Shown here piece by piece: positions 1-8,853 of a DNA stretch of 64,000 nt. The notes beneath the pieces were generated by a model. The model made no database searches. It was not told where the DNA came from and saw only the letters and a list, made by a program, of their open reading frames with translations. Every line of letters starts with the position of its first letter. The first letter of the stretch is position 1. Location: the NCBI GenBank assembly GCA_001770205.1, contig MEQL01000002.1:1-64000 (forward strand), in the 5' to 3' direction. This DNA is from Bdellovibrionales bacterium RIFOXYD12_FULL_39_22 (lineage in GTDB: Bacteria > Bdellovibrionota > Bacteriovoracia > Bacteriovoracales > Bacteriovoracaceae). A program made the position numbers and the translations under genes.

Positions 1-264
1 ATTACAAAAGTGAGTGAAGTTTTAAATTTCCGAGAGCAACAATTATGTTTTGTCTTATAGCACGGACAGGTTTTCGAGCGTAGCGAGATTTTGTTCCTTT
101 TGTGCTTGCTTAGATGGCCTCGATAGCTTTTTGTCAAATATATCTATCTTGAAGACAATAATGTTTTTACGATAAAACACAACGAACTGTTTTTCTCATG
201 TATTCATAAAGGGACAATTCTTGAGTAATTTCTAAAATTTTTTCAAAATAGTTTAAAATCTTTC

Positions 265-290
265 TACAGAAACGGAAAAAATTTCCGAGA
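265..290 (+). promoter_or_regulatory. Possible sigma28/FliA-like promoter upstream of the C25 peptidase
   Basis: TACAG-N15-CCGAGA, same spacing as TAAAG-N15-CCGATA. Confidence 0.35.
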
Positions 291-358
291 GGGAATCACT
301 TAGCATTTTTGTCCTTGCAGATGGCAACTAGAGATTTCTAACCAAGGAGAATGAGAGT

Positions 359-2059
359 ATGAGTTTTAGTAGAACTATTTTGTCGTTAATTTATTCCCTC
401 TCTTTATCGGCGAGCTTACTTTTGGCGGGAAGTAGTTATGCCAAAGAGTATATTTTCATGAGCGCTAAGGGAGGCGACTCCTCGGATGTTTCGGCCGTTG
501 CCGGTGAAGGTGATGAAGTGATTGTTGATTTTCATATTCATAAAATGGTTACAGAAAAAGCACAGGTAGAAAACTCCATAACCGACGCTTTTAAAGAGTT
601 AAAATTTACCCAGCTCAAAAGCAGCAACAATGTTGGCAGTCCGGCAATTCCATATTATTCGATTATTGTGGAAGGTACTCCGGCAAATCTTCGAGTCGAC
701 TATCAAATGGAAAAAAGCAAACGAATTATGAATTTAATTCCGGTACCGGCACAACCTGAAAAATGGCGTTGTGTAGATTGCGAGCAACCCTCTTTTGCTA
801 TTGACCTAGATAGTTATCGTGATGGGGAAGAACGTTTTTATACGTTAGATTACTTAGGAGATTTTCGCGGTATTCCTTTAACTAGAGTTACGCTCTATCC
901 TGCTCAATATATAGCAGAGGATCGTGCTGTTGAAATTTATCCAGAAATTGATTTTAAAATAAGCGGAGCAATAGAGGGAAAATTTTATACAGATAACGTG
1001 GAGCAAATCTATGAAAGGGCCGAGCTTAATAATCGCTACTTGATTATCGCTCCCCAAGAGTACATTGCCGCTCTTGCGGAGTTTGTAGCGTGGAAGAGTT
1101 CGCGCGGTTTTGAAGTTGACGTGATTTCATTAGAAAGTGCGGGAGGAACCTTTGCGGCCGTTAAAAGTTATATCAGAGCTCGATATGAAGCTCCAGAGAC
1201 TAATTTTTCTTATGCTTTATTGGTAGGACATGAAGGAAATTTCCCGACTGAGTATGTTTATACTAGCAGTAGCTCACAGACTCCATCGGATTTGCATTAT
1301 TTTACAATGGGGGATGCAACGGATTTTATTCCTGATGTCTTCTATGGTCGCTTGGTAGTTGGCCAGTTGGCGGATATTTCAAATCAGGTGCGAAAAATTA
1401 TGGATTACGAAGGAGATCTGCTATCTAATGGTGCTGGTTGGAGTCAACATATTGGCCTTGCATCTGATGAGGGAAGTGATCCGAGTGACGAGGAGTATTT
1501 GGCCCAGATGACTTCAACTTTTGTTGAATCTTTTGGAGTCTCTAGTCGTTCATTTTTACAGCGCAACAGTGATTCAACTCCTACTAACTTGAATAAGGCA
1601 CTATCCAGCGGCGCCATGTGGTTAAACTATATTGGACATGGCACGGGAACTTCTTGGCCTTCTATGTGGAGCACCTATTATTCTTCCAGTATTAAAAATT
1701 TAACAACAGATGCCGTTAAACCAATTATCATTGATGTGGCCTGTCAAAATGGACGCTTTAGATACAACGCCAAACAATTGGGTGAGCGTTTTATGAATGA
1801 GTCAAAAGATGGTGCGCCAGTCGGTGCGGTGGCCTATTACGGTGGCTCGGTAAATATTTCTTGGAATCCACCAGCGGTAATGGCAGTTGGGTTGAATAAA
1901 ATGGTGGTGCAAGAAAAAATAGATGCTTTAGGCAAGGCCCTGTTGGCCGGACAGATCTATCTTTTTAATAACTATACAGATGTTGCGTCTGTTAAAGAGA
2001 ACTTTTCTTGGTATCATCTTTTTGGAGATCCTTCCTTGTCTTTGCATATTGGCCGCTAA
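359..2059 (+). CDS. Secreted C25 family (gingipain-like) cysteine peptidase with N-terminal propeptide
   Basis: Signal peptide. C25 motifs YLIIAP, LLVG, SDLHY, PDVFYGR; catalytic His in NYIGHG and Cys in DVACQNG; ends LFGDP. Confidence 0.85.
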   Translation: MSFSRTILSLIYSLSLSASLLLAGSSYAKEYIFMSAKGGDSSDVSAVAGEGDEVIVDFHIHKMVTEKAQVENSITDAFKELKFTQLKSSNNVGSPAIPYYSIIVEGTPANLRVDYQMEKSKRIMNLIPVPAQPEKWRCVDCEQPSFAIDLDSYRDGEERFYTLDYLGDFRGIPLTRVTLYPAQYIAEDRAVEIYPEIDFKISGAIEGKFYTDNVEQIYERAELNNRYLIIAPQEYIAALAEFVAWKSSRGFEVDVISLESAGGTFAAVKSYIRARYEAPETNFSYALLVGHEGNFPTEYVYTSSSSQTPSDLHYFTMGDATDFIPDVFYGRLVVGQLADISNQVRKIMDYEGDLLSNGAGWSQHIGLASDEGSDPSDEEYLAQMTSTFVESFGVSSRSFLQRNSDSTPTNLNKALSSGAMWLNYIGHGTGTSWPSMWSTYYSSSIKNLTTDAVKPIIIDVACQNGRFRYNAKQLGERFMNESKDGAPVGAVAYYGGSVNISWNPPAVMAVGLNKMVVQEKIDALGKALLAGQIYLFNNYTDVASVKENFSWYHLFGDPSLSLHIGR

Positions 2060-3487
2060 TTAATATTGGCGAAACCATTCGCGCAAAAGATTATCCTGAA
2101 TCGTTTGCGCTTCGCTTCGCCAAGATGGAGGCATCTTCTTAGCACTGTAATCTTTATGCATTCGTCGTTCTATATCAGAAATTAGGATGGCAAATATTAA
2201 ACGTTGATTGGATTTGGTATTCAAGTATCCAATGATGGAACTAGCATAATCCATGCTCCCGGTTTTGGCCCAAACCCGCAATGCCATCTCGGGATCATTT
2301 AAACGTCGATAAATCCAACCTTTCTTCCCAGAAATGGATAGCAGTGAAGGGAAGGAGCGGTGAGCGTAAAATTTATCTTTGGCCAGATTCAAAAGCTGTA
2401 TCCAATAAAGTGGAGAGGTGCGAGATAGGGGAGATAACCCAGAGCCATTGGCCAAAAAATTAGATTCACAAAATTTGCTGCCGATCAATTGACATACCCA
2501 CTCATTTAAAACTTTAGCACTGGCCGAGAGATCAAAAGTTTGGCCACTGTTTTTTTTCATTTCATTGACTGCTTTTAATAAGATTAATTCTGCGATCAAA
2601 TTATTGCTATATTCCAAGCTACTTTCTGCCAGCAGTAATAGTGGATCACTACTATTAGTAAAAAGTTTTTTGGTAAATTTTTCAAGGGCATCATTTTTTT
2701 TTAGGGGAGTAGGCAGCACGATACCATTTATTTGTGCTAGATGCCGCAAGTAGCTGGCCGAAAAAAGGCCAGGACTTCTGACGGGAAGTTCCTCTATAAG
2801 ATTGTATTTTTTTAAAGGAGAGAGCTCCCAGATCTCATGGCCTTCATCTCCTACGTAATTAAAGGCCACTCCGCCGGGCAGCGGGGACTTGGACATTTTT
2901 ATTTGAATAAAATCCAGGGGAGGAATAGGTGTTGTTTGATTCCAAATTTGGAAGCGATTAAATTCAGTGGAGAGAGGGCCTACTGCTGGATTGTCGGTCT
3001 GATCGGTTTCACTTTCCGGGGAGAGAATGGGAGTGGTGGGGAGGATACCGTCAGTATAATAAAAATTTCCGCTTATTTTTTTTATCCCCAAAATACAAAG
3101 ATAATCGGCCATGCTGGCCAAATTAGAGATCGTAAATTTTGGATCGCCACCACTTTCTAACAGCAGGTCGCCATCTAATTGGCCATTTTTGATTTCACCA
3201 TTAGTTTTAAGGTAGGTTTCAAAAGTAAAAGCTGGGCCTAAAGTTTCCAGGGCCATTAGATTAGTGGCAATTTTAACAATAGAGCCGGGAATGAAAAGCA
3301 CTTCACTATTTTGTGAAACTAAAACAGTCTGCTTCTCTGGAGAGAAGAGAATAAAGCCGATGTTTTTGGTGGAGATTTCATTGGCCAGGCAGTTGGTGTG
3401 GGATGGGAGTAGGAAAAGTTGGCACCCCAAAATAGACAGAAGAAGAAATTTATAAAGCGTGTTATGATTCATAGCTATAAGTCTCAT
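2060..3487 (-). CDS. dacB: D-alanyl-D-alanine carboxypeptidase/endopeptidase (peptidase S13, PBP4-like)
   Basis: SxxK (PGSIVK), GGDP, SxN (YSNN), NGSGLS and KTG motifs; N-terminal signal. Confidence 0.9.
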   Translation of the reverse strand: MRLIAMNHNTLYKFLLLSILGCQLFLLPSHTNCLANEISTKNIGFILFSPEKQTVLVSQNSEVLFIPGSIVKIATNLMALETLGPAFTFETYLKTNGEIKNGQLDGDLLLESGGDPKFTISNLASMADYLCILGIKKISGNFYYTDGILPTTPILSPESETDQTDNPAVGPLSTEFNRFQIWNQTTPIPPLDFIQIKMSKSPLPGGVAFNYVGDEGHEIWELSPLKKYNLIEELPVRSPGLFSASYLRHLAQINGIVLPTPLKKNDALEKFTKKLFTNSSDPLLLLAESSLEYSNNLIAELILLKAVNEMKKNSGQTFDLSASAKVLNEWVCQLIGSKFCESNFLANGSGLSPLSRTSPLYWIQLLNLAKDKFYAHRSFPSLLSISGKKGWIYRRLNDPEMALRVWAKTGSMDYASSIIGYLNTKSNQRLIFAILISDIERRMHKDYSAKKMPPSWRSEAQTIQDNLLREWFRQY

Positions 3488-3528
3488 AGACTTTTTTTAT
3501 AAAGTCAAAATTTTGCGGAGCTTGTTGG

Positions 3529-4416
3529 TTGGAAGCAAAAAAGGTTTTGATTGTATCAACAGATCAGGTTTGGCTAAGAGAGCTTTCTGCCAAATTAAAA
3601 GAAAATCCTTCAGTAAAGGGGGATTTCTTCTCTTATCCGCCGGATGCCAAAAATGCTATGAAGCAGGAGTTGTATGACTGCTTTATAATTGAAGATTCGG
3701 TCAGCAAGCGCGATGTGGAATCGATATTTGAATACATTGCGCAGACGGAAGTTTACAAGAAAATTCCCATAATTTTGACTACAAAGGATTTTTCTACTTT
3801 TCAATCGATTATCGATCAACATCCAGCTGTGAATATTAGAGTTTTAGATATGCCGGCACCAGTTGAGGAAGTGGCCAAAAGTATCTTTGATCTAGTCCAT
3901 CCAAAAAGTAAAAAAGTGGAAGAAGGGGATGGTAAAACAAGATATCCAGTAGATTTGGATTTTTTAAAAACGGCAATTGAAAATATTCAAAAAACTATTT
4001 TAGAGATGACGGGGATTCCTGAAGTCTCTTTTGGTAAACCATTTATGCTAAAAAATCCTAGCGAGTATGGTGAGATAGGTGTTTCCGCAAGGGTAGTGGT
4101 GTCATCCAAAATTTTTACCGGTTCGTTTTATTTACTCTTTCCTTCCGCTACCTATCTGAAGTTATACAGTGCAGTGGTGGGAGAAGTGGCCAATAAACTT
4201 GACGATGGAAATAAAGATTTAGCAGGAGAGATTGTAAACATAGTCTATGGCAAAATGAAAAAGCGTCTAAATGATAATGGTTATGAACTTAATATGGCCA
4301 TTCCTCAACTTGTTTTGGGATTTGATAAACGAGTGGTAACTTATGTGGCCGTAGCAACTCCTTTCTTTACCACATATGGACAATTGTTTGCGCAGTTTGT
4401 ACCAAATTTAAAATAG
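3529..4416 (+). CDS. Atypical receiver domain fused to a CheX-like phosphatase domain
   Basis: N-terminal receiver-like pattern (VLIV..YDCFIIE..IPIIL); C-terminal DLAGEIVNIVYG (CheC/CheX ExxN motif). Confidence 0.75.
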   Translation: MEAKKVLIVSTDQVWLRELSAKLKENPSVKGDFFSYPPDAKNAMKQELYDCFIIEDSVSKRDVESIFEYIAQTEVYKKIPIILTTKDFSTFQSIIDQHPAVNIRVLDMPAPVEEVAKSIFDLVHPKSKKVEEGDGKTRYPVDLDFLKTAIENIQKTILEMTGIPEVSFGKPFMLKNPSEYGEIGVSARVVVSSKIFTGSFYLLFPSATYLKLYSAVVGEVANKLDDGNKDLAGEIVNIVYGKMKKRLNDNGYELNMAIPQLVLGFDKRVVTYVAVATPFFTTYGQLFAQFVPNLK

Positions 4417-4450
4417 TAACAAAATAGAGTAGGTCAGCTGGAGATTTGAA

Positions 4451-5602
4451 ATGAGATTATTGTATATTGCCCCGGAGTTTCCACCCAATTATTGGAACTT
4501 TATTTTACGCTTGGCCGCACGAGGTGTAGAAGTGGTGGGAATTGGACAGTCTGATTTTTTTGAAATGCCGGAAAATGTTCGTGCATCAATGGCCTGGTAT
4601 GAACGAGTGGACTTAAATAATTGGGACGCCGTTAACTATTCTATTAACAAGATTATTGCAATTAAGGGGAAAATTGATTTAGTAGAGTCGCACGATGAAC
4701 ATTGGTTGCGTCTAGAAGCTAAAATCAATGATGAATTTCATTTTGCGGGTATCAATCACCAGTTAATTGACAGTTGGAAGCGTAAAGATGAAATGAAAAA
4801 ACTTTTTGTCGCAAATGATATCAAGGTGGCAAAAGGCAAAACAGTTAAAAATTTCAGTGAGGCCTTGGCCTTTGCTCAAGAAATTGGATATCCTGCTATT
4901 TTAAAACCTAATGAGGGAGTGGGGGCCATTGGTGCCTTCAAAATCAGAAATGAAGAGCAGTTGCGTTCAACCATGGAACAAAATGGGCATTACAATTTTT
5001 TGATGGAAGAGTTTATTACTGCCCCTATAGTTACCTATGACGGAATAACGGATTTTTCAGGTAATATTTTATTTGAGAGCAGTTTAAAATATGCTTCTGG
5101 TGTTTTAGAGATTGTTAATGGAGTAGATCCGGCCTTTTATGTTTGTCGCGAAATATCAAAGAAGCTCAGCGAAATTGGCAAAAAGATTGTGCAAATTTTT
5201 CAATTAAAACGAAAATTTTTTCATATTGAGTTATTTGATTTTGATGATCATTATGCGCCGATGGAAATTAATTGTCGTCCACCAGGTGGGCCGATTGTTG
5301 ATATGATGAATTATAGTTGCGATGTGGATCTTTATGATGTTTATGCCCAAATGATGGCCGGCCAAAAAGTAACGCTCTCTTCGGCCAAAGATTATTTTTG
5401 CGGATATGCTGGAAGATCGGAGCGTGGTTTCTTTTATTCTCTGGCCGATGTAAAAAAGAAAATCGGTAGCAATATGTTAGAGATGGCCGAAAATCCGCCG
5501 CTGTATCATCAGGCCATGGGAAAATATAAATGTATTTTTCGCGCTAAAAGTGATGCTGAATTGCAGGGAATGTATAACTTTATTTTGGAAAAGAGATATT
5601 AA
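4451..5602 (+). CDS. ATP-grasp domain protein
   Basis: GYPAILKPNEGVGA, MEEFI, FHIELF and EINCRPPG motifs. Confidence 0.85.
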   Translation: MRLLYIAPEFPPNYWNFILRLAARGVEVVGIGQSDFFEMPENVRASMAWYERVDLNNWDAVNYSINKIIAIKGKIDLVESHDEHWLRLEAKINDEFHFAGINHQLIDSWKRKDEMKKLFVANDIKVAKGKTVKNFSEALAFAQEIGYPAILKPNEGVGAIGAFKIRNEEQLRSTMEQNGHYNFLMEEFITAPIVTYDGITDFSGNILFESSLKYASGVLEIVNGVDPAFYVCREISKKLSEIGKKIVQIFQLKRKFFHIELFDFDDHYAPMEINCRPPGGPIVDMMNYSCDVDLYDVYAQMMAGQKVTLSSAKDYFCGYAGRSERGFFYSLADVKKKIGSNMLEMAENPPLYHQAMGKYKCIFRAKSDAELQGMYNFILEKRY

Positions 5603-5604
5603 TT

Positions 5605-6342
5605 ATGAATATTGAATATATTAAATGGTTTAGTAAAACGCTCAATAAAGATATGGAGCTAAAGATTTATGGTAGCGGTGGTGACTCAGTACTGGTTTTT
5701 CCTTGTGCGAGTGGACGTTTTTTTGATTTTGAAGATTCGGGGGGAGTGCGTTCATTGCAGCATTTTGTGGAGGAGAAAAAGTTGATGCTGTTTACGGTGG
5801 ATAGTTATGATGCCACCTCTTGGAATAATTATAGCATTTCTGCTGCGGAGCGGGCCATTAATCATGGGCGTTATGAAAATTATATTATGGGAGAGGTTTT
5901 ATCCTATATAAAGCAGAGAAATCCAAAAGGTAAGATCTACACTACTGGTGCGAGCATGGGAGGGTATCATGCTGCAAATTTTTATTTGAAATTTCCAGAG
6001 ATTTTTTCGGGGACGGTGGCCCTTAGTGGCCTCTATAGTGCGCATAATTTAGTTGGCGATTATATGGATGATAATGTTTATTATAATGCGCCAATTTCTT
6101 ATTTACCCAATCTCGAGGAAAAAAAATATTTACAGGCCTACGCGAAAGGTAAAATTGTAATTTGCACAGGACAAGGAGCATGGGAAGAGAAGATGTTAGA
6201 AGACTCTTTGGCGCTGAAAACTATTTTTAACCAAAAAAAAATTGGGGCCTGGGTGGATATTTGGGGTACAGATGTTAACCACGATTGGCCTTGGTGGCAT
6301 AAGCAGTGGCCATACTTCTTTTCTGAAATTTTAAAAGAGTAG
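5605..6342 (+). CDS. Esterase family alpha/beta hydrolase
   Basis: GASMGG nucleophile elbow, HDWPWW catalytic His; 2 bp after the ATP-grasp gene. Confidence 0.85.
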   Translation: MNIEYIKWFSKTLNKDMELKIYGSGGDSVLVFPCASGRFFDFEDSGGVRSLQHFVEEKKLMLFTVDSYDATSWNNYSISAAERAINHGRYENYIMGEVLSYIKQRNPKGKIYTTGASMGGYHAANFYLKFPEIFSGTVALSGLYSAHNLVGDYMDDNVYYNAPISYLPNLEEKKYLQAYAKGKIVICTGQGAWEEKMLEDSLALKTIFNQKKIGAWVDIWGTDVNHDWPWWHKQWPYFFSEILKE

Positions 6343-6356
6343 TTGGTTTTGAAGAG

Positions 6357-7421
6357 GTGAAATCTTTTCTTTTTGTTGTCATATTATTACTACCATTATC
6401 AATATTTGCAGATGAAGCGGCCAGTGGAAATAATCTAATCGATCAGACACTCGCATTTGTATCTCATGGCCTGTGGAAGGTTTCATCTCATTTAGATCAA
6501 ATGTTGGCCAAAGAAGAAAATATTAACGATGAGGATAATAATAGTCAGCTGCTTTTTAAATTTTCTACTACAAAAGTAGAGGGGCAGACGTTGACCTATG
6601 TGAATGATTTACAATTTAAATTGGATTTGCCTAATACGCAAAAACATTTTCAACTAATTTTAGAAAAGAGCGTGGATAAGGCCCAAGAGAGTGTGTTAGG
6701 AAAAAATAGTAATGGACAGGCCAGTACCGTAGGAGCTGCGGCCACTACTATTGATGATGCCGTTAGAGAGAACGATTACTCTTTGGCCATGCGTTATCTA
6801 ATTGCTGAATCCAAGGCCTGGCAGATCTATTCTGATGTTGGTATCAAATTAAAAATTCCACCTAATCCGTTTGCCCGGTTTAAAATTAAACGCAATATTT
6901 ACTTTTATGATTGGACACTAAGTTTATCAGAAAAACTTTTTGCTGATCTTTCATCTGGTTTGGCGGAAAATACAACAATAAATTTAGATCGGGCCATTGG
7001 AAAGAATATGACCTTTCGTTTTGGCAATAGTGCGGATTGGAGGGAAGATAGTGCGGCATTAAAATATATTCATGGATTCTATCTGCATCATCTGCTTAGC
7101 GAGCATCACTCTTTTTTGTATCAGCTTTCTACCAAGGGATCTTCGGAAGATTCGGTATATCTGAGAACTTATATGGCCGGGGTTAAGTATGTTCATTTTC
7201 CTTGGGAAAAACACTCATTTAGTTATCATGTGAATGCCAATGGAGTTACTCGTTATACACCCTACATTGATAACTATGATGTTGGTGTGGCGTATAAGTT
7301 TTTATTCTATCGAGACTGGTGGTATTTAACGCTTGCTCCCAATGCCATTTTTTATAAAATAAATAATTTTGCCCCAATCCCTTCGATCTCTTTGCAAGTG
7401 GATGTTATTTTTGCACAGTAG
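6357..7421 (+). CDS. Putative outer-membrane beta-barrel protein
   Basis: Signal peptide, alternating amphipathic strands, aromatic-rich C-terminal half. Confidence 0.55.
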   Translation: MKSFLFVVILLLPLSIFADEAASGNNLIDQTLAFVSHGLWKVSSHLDQMLAKEENINDEDNNSQLLFKFSTTKVEGQTLTYVNDLQFKLDLPNTQKHFQLILEKSVDKAQESVLGKNSNGQASTVGAAATTIDDAVRENDYSLAMRYLIAESKAWQIYSDVGIKLKIPPNPFARFKIKRNIYFYDWTLSLSEKLFADLSSGLAENTTINLDRAIGKNMTFRFGNSADWREDSAALKYIHGFYLHHLLSEHHSFLYQLSTKGSSEDSVYLRTYMAGVKYVHFPWEKHSFSYHVNANGVTRYTPYIDNYDVGVAYKFLFYRDWWYLTLAPNAIFYKINNFAPIPSISLQVDVIFAQ

Positions 7422-7451
7422 TAGTCAGCCTTTTGGGGAAACTGTTTTTTG

Positions 7452-7509
7452 AGTTTGTTCAGTTGACTGAACAAAGTATCTTGACTTTGTTCAGTTGAGA
7501 GAACAAACT
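7452..7509. promoter_or_regulatory. Tandem 22-bp palindromic operators overlapping a sigma70-like promoter
   Basis: TTTGTTCAGTTGACTGAACAAA (7454-7475) and TTTGTTCAGTTGAGAGAACAAA (7486-7507); TTGACT(7481)-N17-CAAACT. Confidence 0.7.
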
Positions 7510-7531
7510 ATTCTAGTATTAGAGGTAACTA

Positions 7532-8833
7532 ATGAATTTTACAAATATTCGACAACTGCTGCTTGATCAGGCAGTTGAGGCCCAAGAGTGCCAGAAAAGT
7601 AACATATTGGTTGATCGCGAAGCGAAATCGTATCTATTAGAGATGGTTAACTCGAAACTTATAACTGTCGTGACAGGAATTAGGCGCTCAGGAAAATCAA
7701 CGATGGCGCTGCAACTTTTATCGGGGAAAAAATTTTTATATTTTAATTTCGATGATGAAATCTTGGGCCAGGCAGCACCTGGGGATCTAAATAAAATTTT
7801 AGAAAGTGGATTATCAATTAATCCTGGGGCAGAATACCTTTTCTTTGATGAGATTCAAAATGTAGAGGGCTGGGAACTTTTCATTAATAGATTACAACGC
7901 AGAAAATACAAAATAATTATTACCGGTAGTAATTCGAGATTGTTAAGTATGGAACTTTCCTCGCACTTAACAGGAAGACATCTAACACTTGCTTTATTTC
8001 CATTCTCCTTTTTTGAATTTTTAAAATTCAAAAAGGTTGAATTGCCAACTAAAAATGTAACGACAGAAAATATTGCACTGGCCCGTAATTATTTATCTCA
8101 ATATTTTCAGCAAGGCGGGTTTCCACAAATTACTCAATATAGTTTTCAAGATCGTATTTCCCGGCAGTATCTTAAAGAGTTATTTGATAAAATCGTGACT
8201 AGAGATATCGTTCAAAGACGACAGATTAAAAATATTAAATCAATGCGAGAGCTAGCTTTATTGGCAGTCTCTCTTTTTTCTTCTCAATTTACATATCAAT
8301 CTCTGAGAAAAGCATGTTCTTTTAAAAGTATAAATACTGTCAAAAATTATCTTGAGTATTTACAAGAGTCTTATCTCATATTTATTTTGGAACCATATTC
8401 GACAAAAATAAAAGAACGTATTTCATTGCCCAAAAAACTTTACGTTGTAGATACTGCCTTGGCCGAGGCCATTATTCCAAAAACTACGGAAGATTTTGGG
8501 AGGAAGTTGGAAAATATAATTTGTGTTGAGCTGCGTAGACGTGATTGTGAAATTTACTACATTAAATCGCCAAACTATGAAGTTGATTTTGTAATTCGGG
8601 AAGGTAATAAGATTGTTGAACTAATTCAAGTTGTCTGGTCTTTGGATAATTCTGCCACGAAGCAGAGAGAGGTCAAGGCATTGCTTCGTGCGGCCGATGA
8701 ATTCCAGGTAAAAAAATTAACAATCGTGTGTGGAAGTGATGAAGGTGATGAAGGTGAGGAAGTGATAGATGGAAAAAGGATAAAAATTATCTCTGCCTGG
8801 CGTTGGTTGCTTGATAAAAAAATCGATACCTAA
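7532..8833 (+). CDS. AAA_14 ATPase with DUF4143 and C-terminal PD-(D/E)xK-like region
   Basis: Walker A GIRRSGKS, Walker B FFDEIQ, TGS, LTGR, KLYVVD, EVDFV..IQV. Confidence 0.85.
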   Translation: MNFTNIRQLLLDQAVEAQECQKSNILVDREAKSYLLEMVNSKLITVVTGIRRSGKSTMALQLLSGKKFLYFNFDDEILGQAAPGDLNKILESGLSINPGAEYLFFDEIQNVEGWELFINRLQRRKYKIIITGSNSRLLSMELSSHLTGRHLTLALFPFSFFEFLKFKKVELPTKNVTTENIALARNYLSQYFQQGGFPQITQYSFQDRISRQYLKELFDKIVTRDIVQRRQIKNIKSMRELALLAVSLFSSQFTYQSLRKACSFKSINTVKNYLEYLQESYLIFILEPYSTKIKERISLPKKLYVVDTALAEAIIPKTTEDFGRKLENIICVELRRRDCEIYYIKSPNYEVDFVIREGNKIVELIQVVWSLDNSATKQREVKALLRAADEFQVKKLTIVCGSDEGDEGEEVIDGKRIKIISAWRWLLDKKIDT

Positions 8834-8853
8834 TTAATTTAAACTTGTTAATC

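Noticed and set aside
4451..6342. ATP-grasp RiPP (graspetide) cluster
   Set aside because: No precursor with repeated core motifs is present, and the enzyme lacks an obvious RiPP context.
7454..7507. Two 22-bp repeats as a mini CRISPR array
   Set aside because: Only two copies, a 10-bp spacer and no cas genes; the pattern fits an operator.
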